From Podarcis tiliguerta (lineage: Eukaryota), in the NCBI GenBank assembly GCA_965153285.1, contig OZ229113.1: a stretch of 64,000 nucleotides of DNA. One strand, 5' to 3'. A program made the translations under genes and the position numbers. This document shows positions 25,096 through 38,918 of the stretch, one piece after another. A model generated the notes under the pieces. It was not told the DNA's origin. It did not search any database and saw only the letters and a program-made list of their open reading frames with translations. Every line of letters starts with the position of its first letter. Position 1 is the stretch's first letter.

Positions 25096-27794
25096 TGATG
25101 TTGTGGTATCTAAGTTGTTAAAGTAATTCAGCTACTTGGGTACTATGAACCCTGCAAAGAATAGTCCAGCTATGATTTGGATATTTATGAAGACTGCTAA
25201 TTACTAGCTACAACTGAAATTTGATTACAGTTAATGAGATATTAGCTTCCTCAGGTAACTGTGTGGCTTACCTATAGATTTAATATAACTAAAATTTACT
25301 TCCTGATCTGTAGTTAGACCAAGCTGATTTCATATACTGTATTTTGACAAGTTGGATTTCACAAGGCAGGACAGTAAATAATTTATGCCTCACTTTGCTG
25401 TACCTAAGCATAGTAAAATGAGTTAATGAATCATCTGAGAAATTTTCTGTAACAACCTTTCACTTTTAATGCCCTAATTTTCCATATAAGTTTCAGCTGC
25501 ATAATCATAATTATGGACAACAACAATTTGTCACCCATATATCATTTTAGGTTTTACTGTTTTAGTTTTAAAATATTCTCAATTGTGCCATTAAGCACAA
25601 GGTGACAAAAAGGTAAACACAACTACAAATTCACCAGCATTAACTAGGATTGCCTCTGGGTTCCTGTGTCTTTAACAGCTATGGAAAAGAAATCCAACAG
25701 ATGAAACTGTTCCTGTCATCGCCAAGCCAAGGAATGCAATATTTCTTTTGTTTGCAATATTTCTTCCCTCTAGGCAGTTGCTAAATGCACAAGAGCCTTG
25801 CTTTGCATTAGTTGAAAATAGTGTTACCTGGGAGTGTGAATGCAGTGGGGCTTACTTTTTGAGTGGGTCTAGGATTGCATTGCTAGGCACCTGTAAGCCA
25901 TGGGAGAAAGTGAAAGAATTGAACAACATTTTGCAATGTCATATGCATGCTTTTCTTAAGGGAGTTTTCAAAATTATGCCTCTGCACTTTGTGGGGTGGG
26001 AGGGAGAGGTAATTTGGTATTTAGTGATTCTGTCAGAGGCTGAATAAGATATTAGGAATTATCCCCCCCCCCCCGCGCGCGCCTCACCCCAAACCCTCCC
26101 TGACCAATGTGTTCAGTTGTAATAAATTGGGGAAAATCCCTGCTGTATCTGCATTAATTTGGCAGACTCTTGCTAACATGTACTGCTGCCTTCCAGAAAA
26201 TCTTTTATAAAATAGAATATTTTGCCTCTTTCTTAGCACTAGTTAGCATACATAAAGGCTCTTAATAATTGAGTTTCCTATGTCAATGAACAAATTCTCT
26301 TTCTGTCTTGTTTGACAGAGATACTGCCTCACTGCAGAAATTCTAATAGAGTTCTACTGTTATATCCCTAAACTAGCAAGTTCTAAATGACCCTGGAAAG
26401 TGATTGCTTTTGATTAAGCTTTAATAGCATTTGCGTATAAATTCACAAGTAATTAAGGGGGAATCTACAGGCTTTTGAGCAACTGTGATGCACAGCAACT
26501 GCCCAATTCAACTCTTACTGTAGGCTAGCCCCACGTACCATTAGCTGCCTCAGTGGTCAGTAGCCACCACTGTATCTACCTGAAACTTAAGATTTTCTTC
26601 AGAAGCTCTGCTAAAGGCGTCCTTGCATAGGTTATTTGGAAGAGGGCCTTCTAAGTGGTGACACCCTGGATATGGAATGCCCAGAGAAGCTTGACTGGCA
26701 CTTTCATTATGGTCATTCCACTGCTGTGGGATTTTACTGTTTTAAATAAAAACAACTGCTGTTGTGATTTTTTTAAAAAAGCTTTGATTTATTATCTTTT
26801 GGAAAATGTTTAGATATAACAATACATCTTCATTACTTTATCTAAATGTTTAGTTGTTTAATTAATCGCTTTTAGAACACATATTACTCATGTTTCTGAG
26901 TCATATTCTATTACTTTGAGTGCTAACCACTGATTTTCATGGAACTTGAAATATTAAGTATTAAAAGAGAAAATCCCATAATAGCAACCATTTCTCTTTT
27001 TCAACTCTAATCAGTTCAAATTCAGAAGTCATCTCATTTAAAAAACCCATTCAACACCTATACTTCAGTCATTTTTTAAATAAAGGAATTATTTGCAAAT
27101 GGAAGAATGAAGCAAATTTTAGAGTGCTTCTGATATCATAGGTTGTAAAACAACCTTGCCCTAGCAAATCCCATTAACATCAGGGTTGTATAAATAGCTC
27201 ATTCATTAAAAAATAATAACAAATAAAATAATAGTTATTTGTGGCTACTTGGAATAACCTTGGACCAGAGAGACAAGATCTAACAGAATAGTGAACAGTC
27301 TCCTTTTTATTTTTATTTTTCAAGGAGTAAAAATTCAAAACCTACATGCTTTCCCTCCCAAACCCTTTGGGGACAAATGTATAGCGGAATTTAAATTTAT
27401 GATTGGGGACAATTTATTGGCTTTATCCCACTTTATCTAAAAAGCTGCTTTAGAATGGCTATCTCCTTTATTTCCAGTCTCATATTTTACATGTTCAAAC
27501 ACAGAATAAAGATCTCTCACATGAGTTCTTCTCAACTCTAATTACTTGACAAAAGAAGGAAAGCTATTTTTTTAAAGAGAAAGTCAACTGCCAGGAACTG
27601 ATGAGCATATCAAAATGCAACAGCTCTTCTACATTAAAATAGCTTCAACAATTTAGAAGATCAAATCAATTTTGCTATGGCACAGCTGCTTGCTCTTTCT
27701 TAAAGTTGCTATAACTTTAAAAAGTTGTATGAATTTGCCACACAAGCACATAAAAATACACTGGAAATGTATCTCTTTCTGAATTTGCTTCTCC

Positions 27795-28370
27795 TAGGGT
27801 TACCATATTCTTAAAAGCAAACAAGAGTACACACTTGCTGGTGGGGGTGGGGGCAGCACACACACTGGGACATGCCACTGCAGGACATGCACTGGAGAGA
27901 CATTGGATGGTGCCAGGAAAGAATGTGGCAAACTTTGAATGCAAAATGGGGGTGCTGCTTCTGCTGCCACCACCAGCTTCAGCACTAACAGGCCCACATG
28001 CCTCTTTCCCTCGGTTGGGCTGGCCACAGCTGCAGCCAGCTCAAGGCGGGGAAAGAGGCACTCTGGCCTGACGGAGGCGATGCTGGTGGCGAGCTTGCAG
28101 TGACGCCAGAGGCAGGACCCCAGATCCCCCTTGATCTTCACTGCAGGTGGCAGTCACTGGAGACCTTGTGTATGCTCTCCTCCGGCTCCACATGGCACGT
28201 CCGCTTTCAGGGCACAGTGGGTCAATGTCACCCTCCCGATCGTGAACGTGCCTGAACCCAAAAACCTGGACATTTAAAATCCTGTTAAATGTAAAAATCC
28301 ACCTGGACAGGCATGTTGGCCCCCCCAAAAGAGGACACCTCTGGGAAATCCTGGACATATGGCAACCCTA
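27795..28370. mobile_element. Non-autonomous hAT (Blackjack-like) element
   Basis: TIRs TAGGGTTACCATAT / ATATGGCAACCCTA, near-TSD gcttctcc/gttctcc, subterminal GGACA repeats. Its GC-rich interior explains the cluster of spurious ORFs here. Confidence 0.75.
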
Positions 28371-30369
28371 GTTCTCCACAAAAATTCTTAGTAACTCATG
28401 AGCCACAGTTCTAGTTCAATACATAGCACCAGAAATCTTACACACAAAATAATGCTGCATGACACACATGATCTCTCAACTCAGTGTTATGTGTATTAAA
28501 ATGTATTAAAATATATACAACTATAATTGGACAGTTCATTATAATAAAAAGTAGGTTTGTATCCAATGAAGTTTTCCCATTAGTTCAAGGACTTCCCCTT
28601 GCACAGCAGGACTTCCTCTTCTCCTCCCCCTGCGTGCCCCAAATCTCTGGAGGGTTGGGATAACTCCCAGGACAGATTTTTGAGCAGGTACCCAGGGAGA
28701 GCAAGTTCTGCTGTGCAGGTGAAGGTCCTTGTGCTCATGGGACAACACTTATCAGCACTAATGTAGATTGTCCGAACTAATGTAGTCAATGCTCTTGAAG
28801 AAAGGTGGATTCTGATATAAAGCTTTTACAGTAAGTTTGCAGAATTTTCTTCATTTCTAGGGCACAGCTGTTGTTGGGGAGGAAAGGATATTTTAATAGA
28901 CATTTCCATCATCACAAAATCTTGAATGAAATATGCCACATAATGGTTTAAAAGTGATTTGTAAACCTGCTAACTACTAAATAAAGATGGAAAGCTTTGT
29001 CAAATGGATAGGTACTCTGTTTAAGTTAGAGGAGATTTTTTGTTCTGTTTTTGGCATTTAGTGAAATATTTGATCAATGTTATTTATGTTAGTTATGATT
29101 TTATTAGTATAAGAATGGTCAATTGTCTGCACTATATTGCAGGAACTAGTTTCTGAATGTTGTATTTTTCTGTAATTAATGTACTTCTCACTGAAGCATA
29201 CAAGTCTTAAAAGCCATTATTAAAGCATGCTGAAACACTTTGGGTACACTCCAGCCAAAAATAATCACATTTAAATTTCATTAATTTTAGTGGGGAAATT
29301 AAATACATGCTTAACTTCCTCCCTTTTGAAAGCAGTGGAACGTAAAAGCACCTTACTCTTTCTTGATTGTGTCCACAGTATTTCCAGTCTTATTTCTTCT
29401 ATTGTTTCATTTTTATTCTAATGAACCTATAGAATATCACAGCTAAGGTTTTTCTTTTGTAAGGAAAGAGTTAAATTATGGAACTGTAAGCCATTAGTTA
29501 GAGATTTATTGGAGGAGTTAGAAAGTCTATAGTTCAATATGTGGTGAATGAACAAGGACCATAGGTGCAGAGACAGAGAGAGGAAGAGAATTCAGTCAAA
29601 TGATGCCTCTGGGGCTTTGCAACATATGGCCCATCAGTCAAGGGTCAAGCCCCCTCACAAATTGCATGCACTTTACATAGCCATCTGCATCAATAAATTA
29701 CTACTCCTCTGTACCACAAGAACTAATGCATGAGCAAGAGGAATCACCCCACTTACAAATGAACTGCTTTATTTATCCGTGTTCACTTTTTCCTTGCACT
29801 GTGACCTGCCTTTTTCTTCCCAGATGCAGTTAACATATGAAATCACAAGTTTGTCTTTATTTCTCAAGCTACACTGGAGATAAAGACATGCTAGGTCATG
29901 AATGATTTCTTTTGCAAGTTAGAAAATAAGTAATTTCAAATGTAACTTACATACTTTGCTATCTTTCTCCAGTCAGAGCAGTTCTATGCAACTATTTCAT
30001 TCAGAATAAAAGTCTACTACTGTACTCTGCTACTATTTGGCATCATGCATTTTATGAGCCAGCATACAGAATGACTGGCTTACTGCAAGGAAATAACTTC
30101 CCAGTTCTACAACTTTAAGATTTTCACCCTGTCCTGTAGATCAGCATTCGTCAACCTGGTGTTTTGGATAAATGTTTTGGATAACTCATCCAGCAGGGTG
30201 GTACTCCAAAATATCTGGAGTTTGGGTTGTAGTCCAAAACATCTAGAAGATCAACTATATCCTACCAAACTGCTTTAACAGCAACTTTCTCTTTCATATC
30301 ACAACCCTTATATTAAATACCTAATTATTGACGGTGGTCATGCCTCTCAAAAAAAGGGTTATACAACCC

Positions 30370-30915
30370 ATTGCCTTCATCAGCCTGGTGCCCTTCAGAT
30401 GCTTTGGATTACAACCCGTACCACAGCCCCAACCAACATGTTATAGGATGCTGGGCCTTATGGGAGCACGGCCATACTGGCTGGGAGTGATGGGAGTGTT
30501 AGCCCAAAATATCTGGGGAGCACCAGGTTGGCAAAAAGGTAAAGGTAAAGGTACCCCTGCCCATACGGGCCAGTCTTGACAGACTCTAGGGTTGTGCGCC
30601 CATCTCACTCAAGGAGGCCAAGGGCCAGCGCTGTCCGAAGACACTTCCGGGTCACGTGGCCAGCGTGACATTGCTGCTCTGGTGAGCCAGAGCCGCACAC
30701 GGAAACGCCGTTTACCTTCCCGCTAGTAAGCGGTCCCTATTTATCTACTTGCACCCAGGGGTGCTTTCGAACTGCTAGGTTGGCAGGCGCTGGGACCAAA
30801 CAGCGGGAGCGCACCCCGCCACGGGGATTCGAACCGCCAACCTTTCGATCAGCAAGCCCTAGGCACTGAGGCTTTAACCCACAGCGCCACCCGCGTCCCA
30901 GGTTGGCAAAGGCTC
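30370..30915. mobile_element. Palindromic MITE (gccttc...cctggtgccc...cagatg...tacaac family) with the SINE inserted in its right arm
   Basis: Left arm gccttcatcagcctggtgcccttcagatgctttgg pairs with right arm ccaaaatatctggggagcaccaggttggcaaa|ggct. Related copies at ~14392-15040, ~30140-30250 and ~63820-63930. Confidence 0.65.
30536..30899 (-). mobile_element. Full-length Sauria-type SINE (same young subfamily as 3831-4195)
   Basis: Reverse complement of head, body and (ACCTTT)n tail; TSD AGGTTGGCAAA at 30525-30535 and 30900-30910. Confidence 0.95.
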
Positions 30916-33900
30916 ACCTAATTATTCTTATATAATGCAGATGCCAACAATATTGAATAATGGATGTGCAACTTGAAAATGGAAAGCTAGTTTCTCATAA
31001 TATCTACGTCAATGCGCAATCAAGAGGCCACATTGTTCATCATCAGTTCTTCATCTATAACAATTATAATAAATTCACAGTGTGATCCTTTGCTTGTTTG
31101 TTCAAAGGTATGTTCTGAGGTCAATGAAACCTACTCTCTCGTAAGTGGGAATAGGATTACAGCCTTAGTGACAGCGGCCCAAAATGTATTCATGTACAGG
31201 TTTGCATGTACAGCAAGATTCTTACATTTTACTTGTAGTTCTGTTGTATAACAGCAGTTTGTGCTATTGACTCCATTCCAAGTGCCAGAAGCAGATCTGG
31301 GTTTGCATACACATACCTACTTTTTCTAACAGTAGGTTCTGCTATGTTCTTGCTATGGAAAAAGGTACTTGTCAGATCAGAAAACCTCAGAAAATAGGAA
31401 GTCAATTCTATTGACTTGCACCAAATGAAAGGTGCCATGTGGCATATACTTTGGGGTGTGTGTGTCAAAGAATGTAAAGTAAAATGAGCGATTATTAATC
31501 ACTTAGAAGTATCTAGTGTCTACATACTCGTGTCATTTCCAGATATTAAGTTTCTGAATGTAGTCCAAGTGCATAGAAACTACAAGCTTGCTATTTGCCA
31601 ACTGCCTTCTGATAACCATCATGAGATGTATTCCTGGTGTCAAACATGATTTTACAACTATTCTGCATTAGTAAGAAATCCCTATGCTCCAAAACATGAA
31701 AACTGAGCAGACACATATATGAAACTATGCTGAAATTTCAGGACTGAAAATGGAGATGCCATGGAATTTTACAACTGTGGAAGGATTAGAGAAGAAGCAG
31801 TCCTCCTGCTTAAGTGGGTATTGTGCAAACCAAGCGTCAATTAAATCACTGGTACAATTTACCCATAACAGCTAAATTTTTGTTGATTAGAAGAAGCAAT
31901 ATTAAAATAAGTACTAAGAATTAAAATGAGAAAAGTAAGTACAGAAAAATATGATTAACAACAACAACAACATCAATTTATTATTTATACCCCTTTGGGC
32001 GGCTTCCAACAAAATATTAAAAATACAATAGAACATCAGATATTAAAAACTTCCCTAAAGTGTGTAGTTATTTATGCCCTTATATGACCACAAATGGTCA
32101 TCGCAGAAGTATAAGAATTCCAGATACTACACTTACCTGCCTAGGAACTAGGAACTAGGACCTTGTGCTAAGTTGACTAAACTCGCTTTGCCAGTGAGGT
32201 TAGCCATATTTCAGTTGCTGTTTAGTTTGAATAACACTGTTGCGGCACATCTTTAATATGCAAGTTGATTTTATTTGTTCATATCCAGCTGAATACTTCA
32301 GTGCAGGCTTCCTGAAACTCGGGCAAATTATCCTACTAATAAAGTTTATTACAAACACTTTGGCATTGAATGCTGTGTGACAGGTTTCCATTTACGTTTT
32401 ATCCCAGACAAAGCAGACAATGATTAAAGCAGGCTTGTGTAATGTTTAAGACTCCTAGCCTTCACCTACAGCATCTAAGGTGTCTGCCCACTTCTTCATA
32501 AACCTTCTCCAGTGCAACCAGATCCTCTTGGGCCTCAGAGAATCCCACTTCTTCCATCTCCTGCATACTAATGGACAAAAGGATGTTTCACATGCATCAT
32601 GTCAATTGTGTGGTCCAGACAGACCCAGGTCTTGGCAATGGTTGTGGTATGACTAAGGATTATAAAGTTCTCAATGGAATTGGCCAAGTCGCCACCAAGA
32701 ACTACTGCTGAGGACTGGTAACTAATACCTACTTCTAAAACCAGTAGGACATCTGTAAACTTTTGGTTTGGTTTTGATAGTGGCTATAAGTAACATCTAT
32801 ATAATTGGGCCAACATCACTACACTACAATACAACATTCAACAGAAGTATCAGGAATTTGGAGACAGGTTGCTATATATTCCATCCTACACTTCATATAT
32901 CAGTGTTAGTGCTGGTGACCAATACATTATATGGGTCAGCAATCAAGATCAGAACAGGTTATTCTTTGAGGCTTGTGAGGTTGGATAAGCTAAAGAAAAA
33001 AATCTCACCAAAAAGTCAAAGTTCTTCCAGCTCCCTACATACTTGCATGTCCCACAAATATTGCCATGAATGTTGTCTTCTAATTTGATTGCAATGAAAA
33101 CTTCCATAGCAGCATTTCCATTAATAGGCTTGTTGACCTCTCATTTAAAGGAAATATCAATAGAAAATTTACAAACGAGATCACCATATAATGGAGCTTT
33201 TAAAACCATACTGAGAATAAGGGATCTAGAATTTATGTTTATCTATATTGAAGCTGTTTATATTTATTACCACAGTGCATTGATACTTAAGAGAACTATT
33301 TCATTAATAGATTGGTCATTTATAAGAAATAATTAGAGAGAGATCTATATTAAAGTGTCTAGTTTAAAGCCATAAAACCAGGTGGATGTCCTAACTTAAC
33401 CTCTTTCATTGTTAAATGCATTCATTTATTCATTTTCTACATCGAGAGACAGCCTAGGTTTGGATATGAGTCAATGGATTTACGTGGCCTGAAAAATTCA
33501 ATCATGCAGCACTGAGCAGTCTCTGAAGTGCTGAATAGCTAAACAAAACAAAAATTCTATTAGTAGATGTTTCTCTTTCCTGCCTGCCCTTTCTTTTAAC
33601 AGAATGAAGACAATATGAAAAACCCAAGGTGTGAGGAAAACATTACACTGTTATAACTTATGCATGAATGTCCACAACTGTTTTTATATGCACCATAAAT
33701 AAAGAGCATGGAGTTGAATAAAAGCACAGATAAAGGCAATCACAAAGAAGCAAAATGAGAAGGAAAAATACCACTCTCCCTAAAAGAATGTGTTTTACAG
33801 CAGCCGCTTATCACTCAAATATATTGGTAAATCAAGTATAATATGTATTCTTTGGCCACAGTGTGTTTGGCAAACTGATATCCTGATCCGGCATAATTTT

Positions 33901-35219
33901 TAAAAGTATTTCTATTTGTCCTTCTTCTGCCATAGTGCATCTCCCAATATGGCTAACAATGTCTATTAAATGAATGTAACTATAATCATAAGAACCAAGA
34001 AGCAGAAGCGCCTTGAGAAACAAAGAATTTTAAACAACACATAATCAAGAGGAAGCGCCTATCAATAAGTTGTTGAAAACCATCACAATGAAAAATGGTC
34101 CTCAATGGTGCCCCACTGGCAACTAATGGTGTTCAGAAAGTGTTACTGATTTGTTTATTTTTTTTTTGTGATCCTCGGGTGAAGAGCCGTATATAAATCA
34201 AATAAATAAATAAATATGAAGTGGGAAATTATATAAATAATGCTTTTTCTATCACACCCACCAACTGCACTTCATATGGAGCTAGGATATGCAACAGAAG
34301 CTCATCAGAATCCTACCAAAAGTGTGCAGGCAGGTACATGTGGACTGGTATAGTATTTTGTGTTTCCAGATTCCAAACCATTTAGACAGAATCATATTTA
34401 CGCTGTCTACTGCCACAGGCACAAGAAATTAGCCACCTCCACTTCAATAATAAATTGTACAATACGAACAATAATTTGGTTTGAAATTTCAAGATAATTT
34501 CCCCTCCAAAAAACCCTATTGGTATTACAGAATATATGCAAGTGAAGCCACTTCACTGTCTACATCACCTTCATATATGTATTTTCCAGGTATATCTGTT
34601 CCAGGTATATCTACAACTATGTTCAATTGACTGTCTCATAATTTTATTACCATATAATTTAAGATAGTTAAAGCCTTAAGATTGTTTTGCAGTATTATAA
34701 TTTCATTGGGGTGGGAAATTTTAAAAAATGACGAAAAGAAGGGAAGAAGAAATACCTTATAATACCAGAATCCTACTGCTCGAAACTTCAGAGTCCAATA
34801 GAACCATCAGAGGCAGGGAATTTTTAAATTTAATTTTTGACAGTGTTTTTCTCACTGAAACAGATCCTGCTGCGCCATTGGTGAAAATCCAAATCACCTC
34901 TCCCACAACTTGGTTGGGGTCAGTGGATCCGAACTCTATCTCTCTCTTCTTCTCACCCCCTCCAGTGCAATAACAAGTGTTTGCCAACCTTGAAAAAAAG
35001 CCATTTCAGAATCCAGGAAACAGCAAACAGAGCATTCAAGTATTTGAAAGTACTGCACACATCCAGAACTTTCCCAACTCTCTATTGCCTTCACTAGTGC
35101 TATAAATCACATTTACCTGCAAGTAAGGCCCATTTAATTCAAAGGTGCTTACTTCTAAGGAGAAAAGTTTAGGCTCACAGACAGTGTCAGTGTTGCTGGC
35201 TTTCCACCTCCAGGCTGTA

Positions 35220-35463
35220 ATTGTAAAGGGACCCCTGACCGTTAGGTCCAGTCGTGACCGACGGGGGTCACGGCGCTCATCTCACTTTGGCAGAGGGAGC
35301 CGGCATTTGTCCGCAGTCAGCTTCTGGGTCATGTGGATAGCATGACTAAGCCACTTCTGGTGAACCAGAGCAGCGCACGGAAACGCCGTTTACCTTCCTG
35401 CCGGAGCGGTACCTATTTATCTACTTGCACTTTGACGTGCTTTTGAACTGCTAGGTTGGCAGG
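35220..35463 (-). mobile_element. 5'-truncated Sauria-type SINE of a different subfamily
   Basis: gtaaagggacccctgacc...cacggaaacgccgtttaccttcc...ctgctaggttggcagg; 14-bp TSD ACCTCCAGGCTGTA at 35206-35219 and 35464-35477. Confidence 0.9.
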
Positions 35464-38400
35464 ACCTCCAGGCTGTAGGAAGCAACTTAAATGTCACTTA
35501 AGCAAGGAGACTGTGAGAATGAGACATTGTTTATGTGTGCATCACACAACAGCCTCATCCAGTCGCTTCCTGTGTGTGCAGGCAGCATAATTTACTTGAT
35601 GGAGCGTGTATCTGCTACTTGCTGCTGCACTGGCTATTGGTGCAGCTCTCTCTGTCTCTTTAGTGTTGCTAAAATGCTTCTGATTTACTTGCTGAGTGTA
35701 AGACAGCTGACCGGTGACTTAGCATGCAACCCAGGAAACAGAAACACTGTCCCCTCGAATGTGCTGCCTCTGGGCAATTGCCCTATTTTCCCTTCTGTCA
35801 GTATGTCTAAGTAAAACACTTATGGCTTTATATTCTGAAATCAGATCTCTGAATTGCATCTGGAAATAAATCAGGAGTCAATGCAGTTAGTACACTAGAT
35901 GTCACAAGTCTACCTGCTGAATTTTGCACCAAATGGAGATCTAACCTAGAAGTGGACAAGGAAGAGTGTGGCAGGATCTGCTCTCAAAAGGAAAGGTCAT
36001 AGCTGATGCACCAGTCAAGGATGTGCTACAACTCTCCTGGACACAGCTGCTACCTGTCTATCTAGAAGCCAGATGGCATACAGGCAAACTCTATGATCAG
36101 GCAGCTAAAAGGCAAGAGTAGCATCAAACAGGCTGAATTCCTATTCTTTAATCAGACATACATCTGAAAAAACAAATTCCTGTCTTGCCCGCCTCACTAT
36201 TCAGTCACAATCTTAGTGCACACAAACTATCACCCACTTATTAATATTCCTGATCCCATCAAGAAAATAAAAGTAGCAAGATATATGTCTGCCCCTTAAA
36301 TTTACTGATTCAGCTTTATTTTCTGTTACAACATAACATCTATGTCAGATAGATACCAGCAACATTCATTGGAGAAATTATCAGGTGCCACATTTGTATG
36401 TGAGCAAAATAGTTTGATAAGCTATTTATTCTCCAGCTAAACACAGACTGGAAATTACCATATGGGCAGCCTCCAAGCTATTATTCTCAATATGGAATCT
36501 GTGCCAATCAGTGTAAGAATATTTCAGGGAAACTACAAACTGTTCTCACATTCACACTTCAGATGAGATCTGAAATGTGTTCTTTGGCATCAGAGCACTG
36601 GAGGAACTGCCCTAAGCTTATAGGATATCTTCCTTCCTGATGAGGTAATATCAACTCTTTTAAAATTGACTCGTCTTACTTTGCTGCCATAATGCAAACT
36701 GTAATATTTTAATGGTTTCTGATTAAATGACTTTAACTGTAGCACCTTTGTTTCTCACAAAAAAAGTTCAGGAAAAAAGAGTGGGAAACCTTACTTCCTC
36801 TTAACTGCCTGTTCGAGAAAAGCAGTTTTGTGCGGCTGCACTCCTTTTTCTTATTCTTCAAGGCCACACTTGAAAAAGAAGAACTCTTTGTATTCTGAAA
36901 GCACTTGGTTGTCATGATATCAGCAGTATTAAAATACACATTTCAGTTCTGAAGGTTCAGTCTTTAAAAAAATGGGGAGGAAGAATTTCTTTAATTTCAG
37001 ACGAGACTTTTTCAGATCACTGCAATTTATTCTCTAGTATAAAAGAATAGGAAATTGGCATCTCCTCTAAGGACCATTTCACGCGTTAGTATTGTAAGTG
37101 GCGTGCATTACAACCCCATGTTGAATCAAAGCACACACAGGTCCTTCCTTTAATATTGTGCACACCACAGAAGTCTTCTAAAATGTTGGGCCAATTATGG
37201 CAGCCCACAACACAACCAAAAATAGTAGCTTAGATAAGTGAAGAATACTCATTCAGTCTGCACAAAACAAGACCCGGGGTTTCGTCTGAAGTAACAGTCT
37301 TACAGTACCTAAGGTAAGGAGGCCAGAACTCACCCAAATCCAAGTGTGTGTGTCATCTGGCAATAGTGTCAGATGTTTTTATTCAAACTGCCTTTCAGTG
37401 GCCAGGAATAAGGTAGAGTAAAAAGCACATTGATACACACTGTTTGGGCGCAGAAATCCAGCTCTGGAAACTGTATATATATATATATCTCTTTTGCTGC
37501 CTCCTTGACCTACTGTTCTGAAACATTCTCAGCTTGACTTCTGGAGCATGGATTGTCTACTGCCTCAAAGAAAACCCAGTTTAGCTTTCTAACATGAGAA
37601 CAACTATCCCTATAGCAGTGGCTGTCCTATTATTTTATCCTTCAGAGGTCTTCTGAAGAGACATGGCAGGCCTCTTCCAGGATGTGCCAGGAAACATAGC
37701 TGTAATTCCTTGTGAACTTCAGTGCCAGCTACTGGAAACATGAGAGGCTGATGCATCAGATCCACAAAGAGCAATGTGATGCTAAGAAGATAACATGTGG
37801 AATCAATTTCAAGTAGCTATGGGACTGCACATGTAGATCAGTTCTGAGTGTCTTACACATGGTATAAGCAGCCTCTGACTATAATACATTGCGTCATAAA
37901 TCTAAAATATATAAGGGTTTTTTTCTGAGTAAGAAACACCTGTTTTATTGGTTCAAAAAATCACACTTCTGATATATAAAAAGAGCAAAGCCACCCGGAT
38001 TTGAGTTTATTTCAATGGGGAAAAATGGAATCAAAATTACAAGATACTCCCATAAATGATCTGACCCAGAAAATATCCCACAGGCTGTTCTACTGCCCAG
38101 CAAAGCCAGCTATACAGCTAGCCAATAAACAATAAAAGGAATAGCCAGAGACCCAGATGGCACTGTGAAAATATAAACTGTGAAGCTTGGCATCTGGATT
38201 TTGCAGCTGCTATGTCCACCCCATTTGTAGGCATAAATGCTGGTTCTGATAGTGGATCAGTTAGATTAGGTCAAATGGAAGCACATATTCCACCCAAGTA
38301 GCAGAGACAGTAGTGCCAAATTAAATTGCGAGTGACAAAAGCATTGTGATTTCATTGCCGTCAGAACTATTAACATAACATATTCTAGACTACTCTCTCC

Positions 38401-38505
38401 AGCTTTAGAATAGGTAGGCTAGTTTACATCTGCAGTTGTCAAAAGGAAGTCTTTTAAAATTAATAACAGAAGCACACACACAAACTGGAAACAATGTTTC
38501 AAATA

Positions 38506-38647
38506 TAGTGGTACTTCGGGTTACAGGCGCTTCAGGTTACAGACGCTTCAGGCCCCATTAGCTAAAATGGTACCTCAGGTTAAGAACAGTTTCAGGTTAA
38601 GAACGGACCTCCGGAACAAATTCAGTTCTTAACCCAAGGTACCACTG
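38506..38647. mobile_element. Tc1/mariner-type MITE, internally deleted relative of 20891-21135
   Basis: TAGTGGTACTTCGGGTTA...TAACCCAAGGTACCACTG|TA; shares ggttaagaacggacctccggaac in opposite orientation. Confidence 0.85.
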
Positions 38648-38674
38648 TACAATTTTAGGAAAGAGGCTCCATTA

Positions 38675-38918
38675 CAGTCATACCTCATGTTATGTTTTTT
38701 CAGGCTGTGTCCCATGGCGACCCGGAAGTACCGGAAAGGGTTATTTCCGGGTTTCGCTGCTCACGCATGAGCAGTAGTGCTAAATCGTGCTTCACGCATG
38801 CACACAAGCACCAAATCACGCTGCACACCTGTGCAGATACGGCGCTTTAGGTTGCGGGCTTTTCACATTGTGAACGGGCCTCCGGAACGAATCCCGTTCG
38901 CAACCAGAGGTACCACAG
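38675..38918. mobile_element. Second Tc1/mariner-type MITE family
   Basis: TA|CAGTCATACCTC...GAGGTACCACAG|TA, CpG-rich interior, subterminal cctccggaacgaat shared with the neighbouring family. Confidence 0.8.

Noticed and set aside
27717-28358. Cluster of overlapping GC-rich ORFs or a CpG island
   Set aside because: Lies wholly within a TIR-bounded hAT-like element and shows no transposase similarity.
32137-32332. Minus-strand segment ending in CAG|GTAAGT
   Set aside because: No frame stays open from a credible acceptor to the donor.
34757-34987. 76-aa minus ORF as one full exon
   Set aside because: It stops before the GTATTT donor; internal donors are possible but unsupported, so it is only mentioned as a candidate link.
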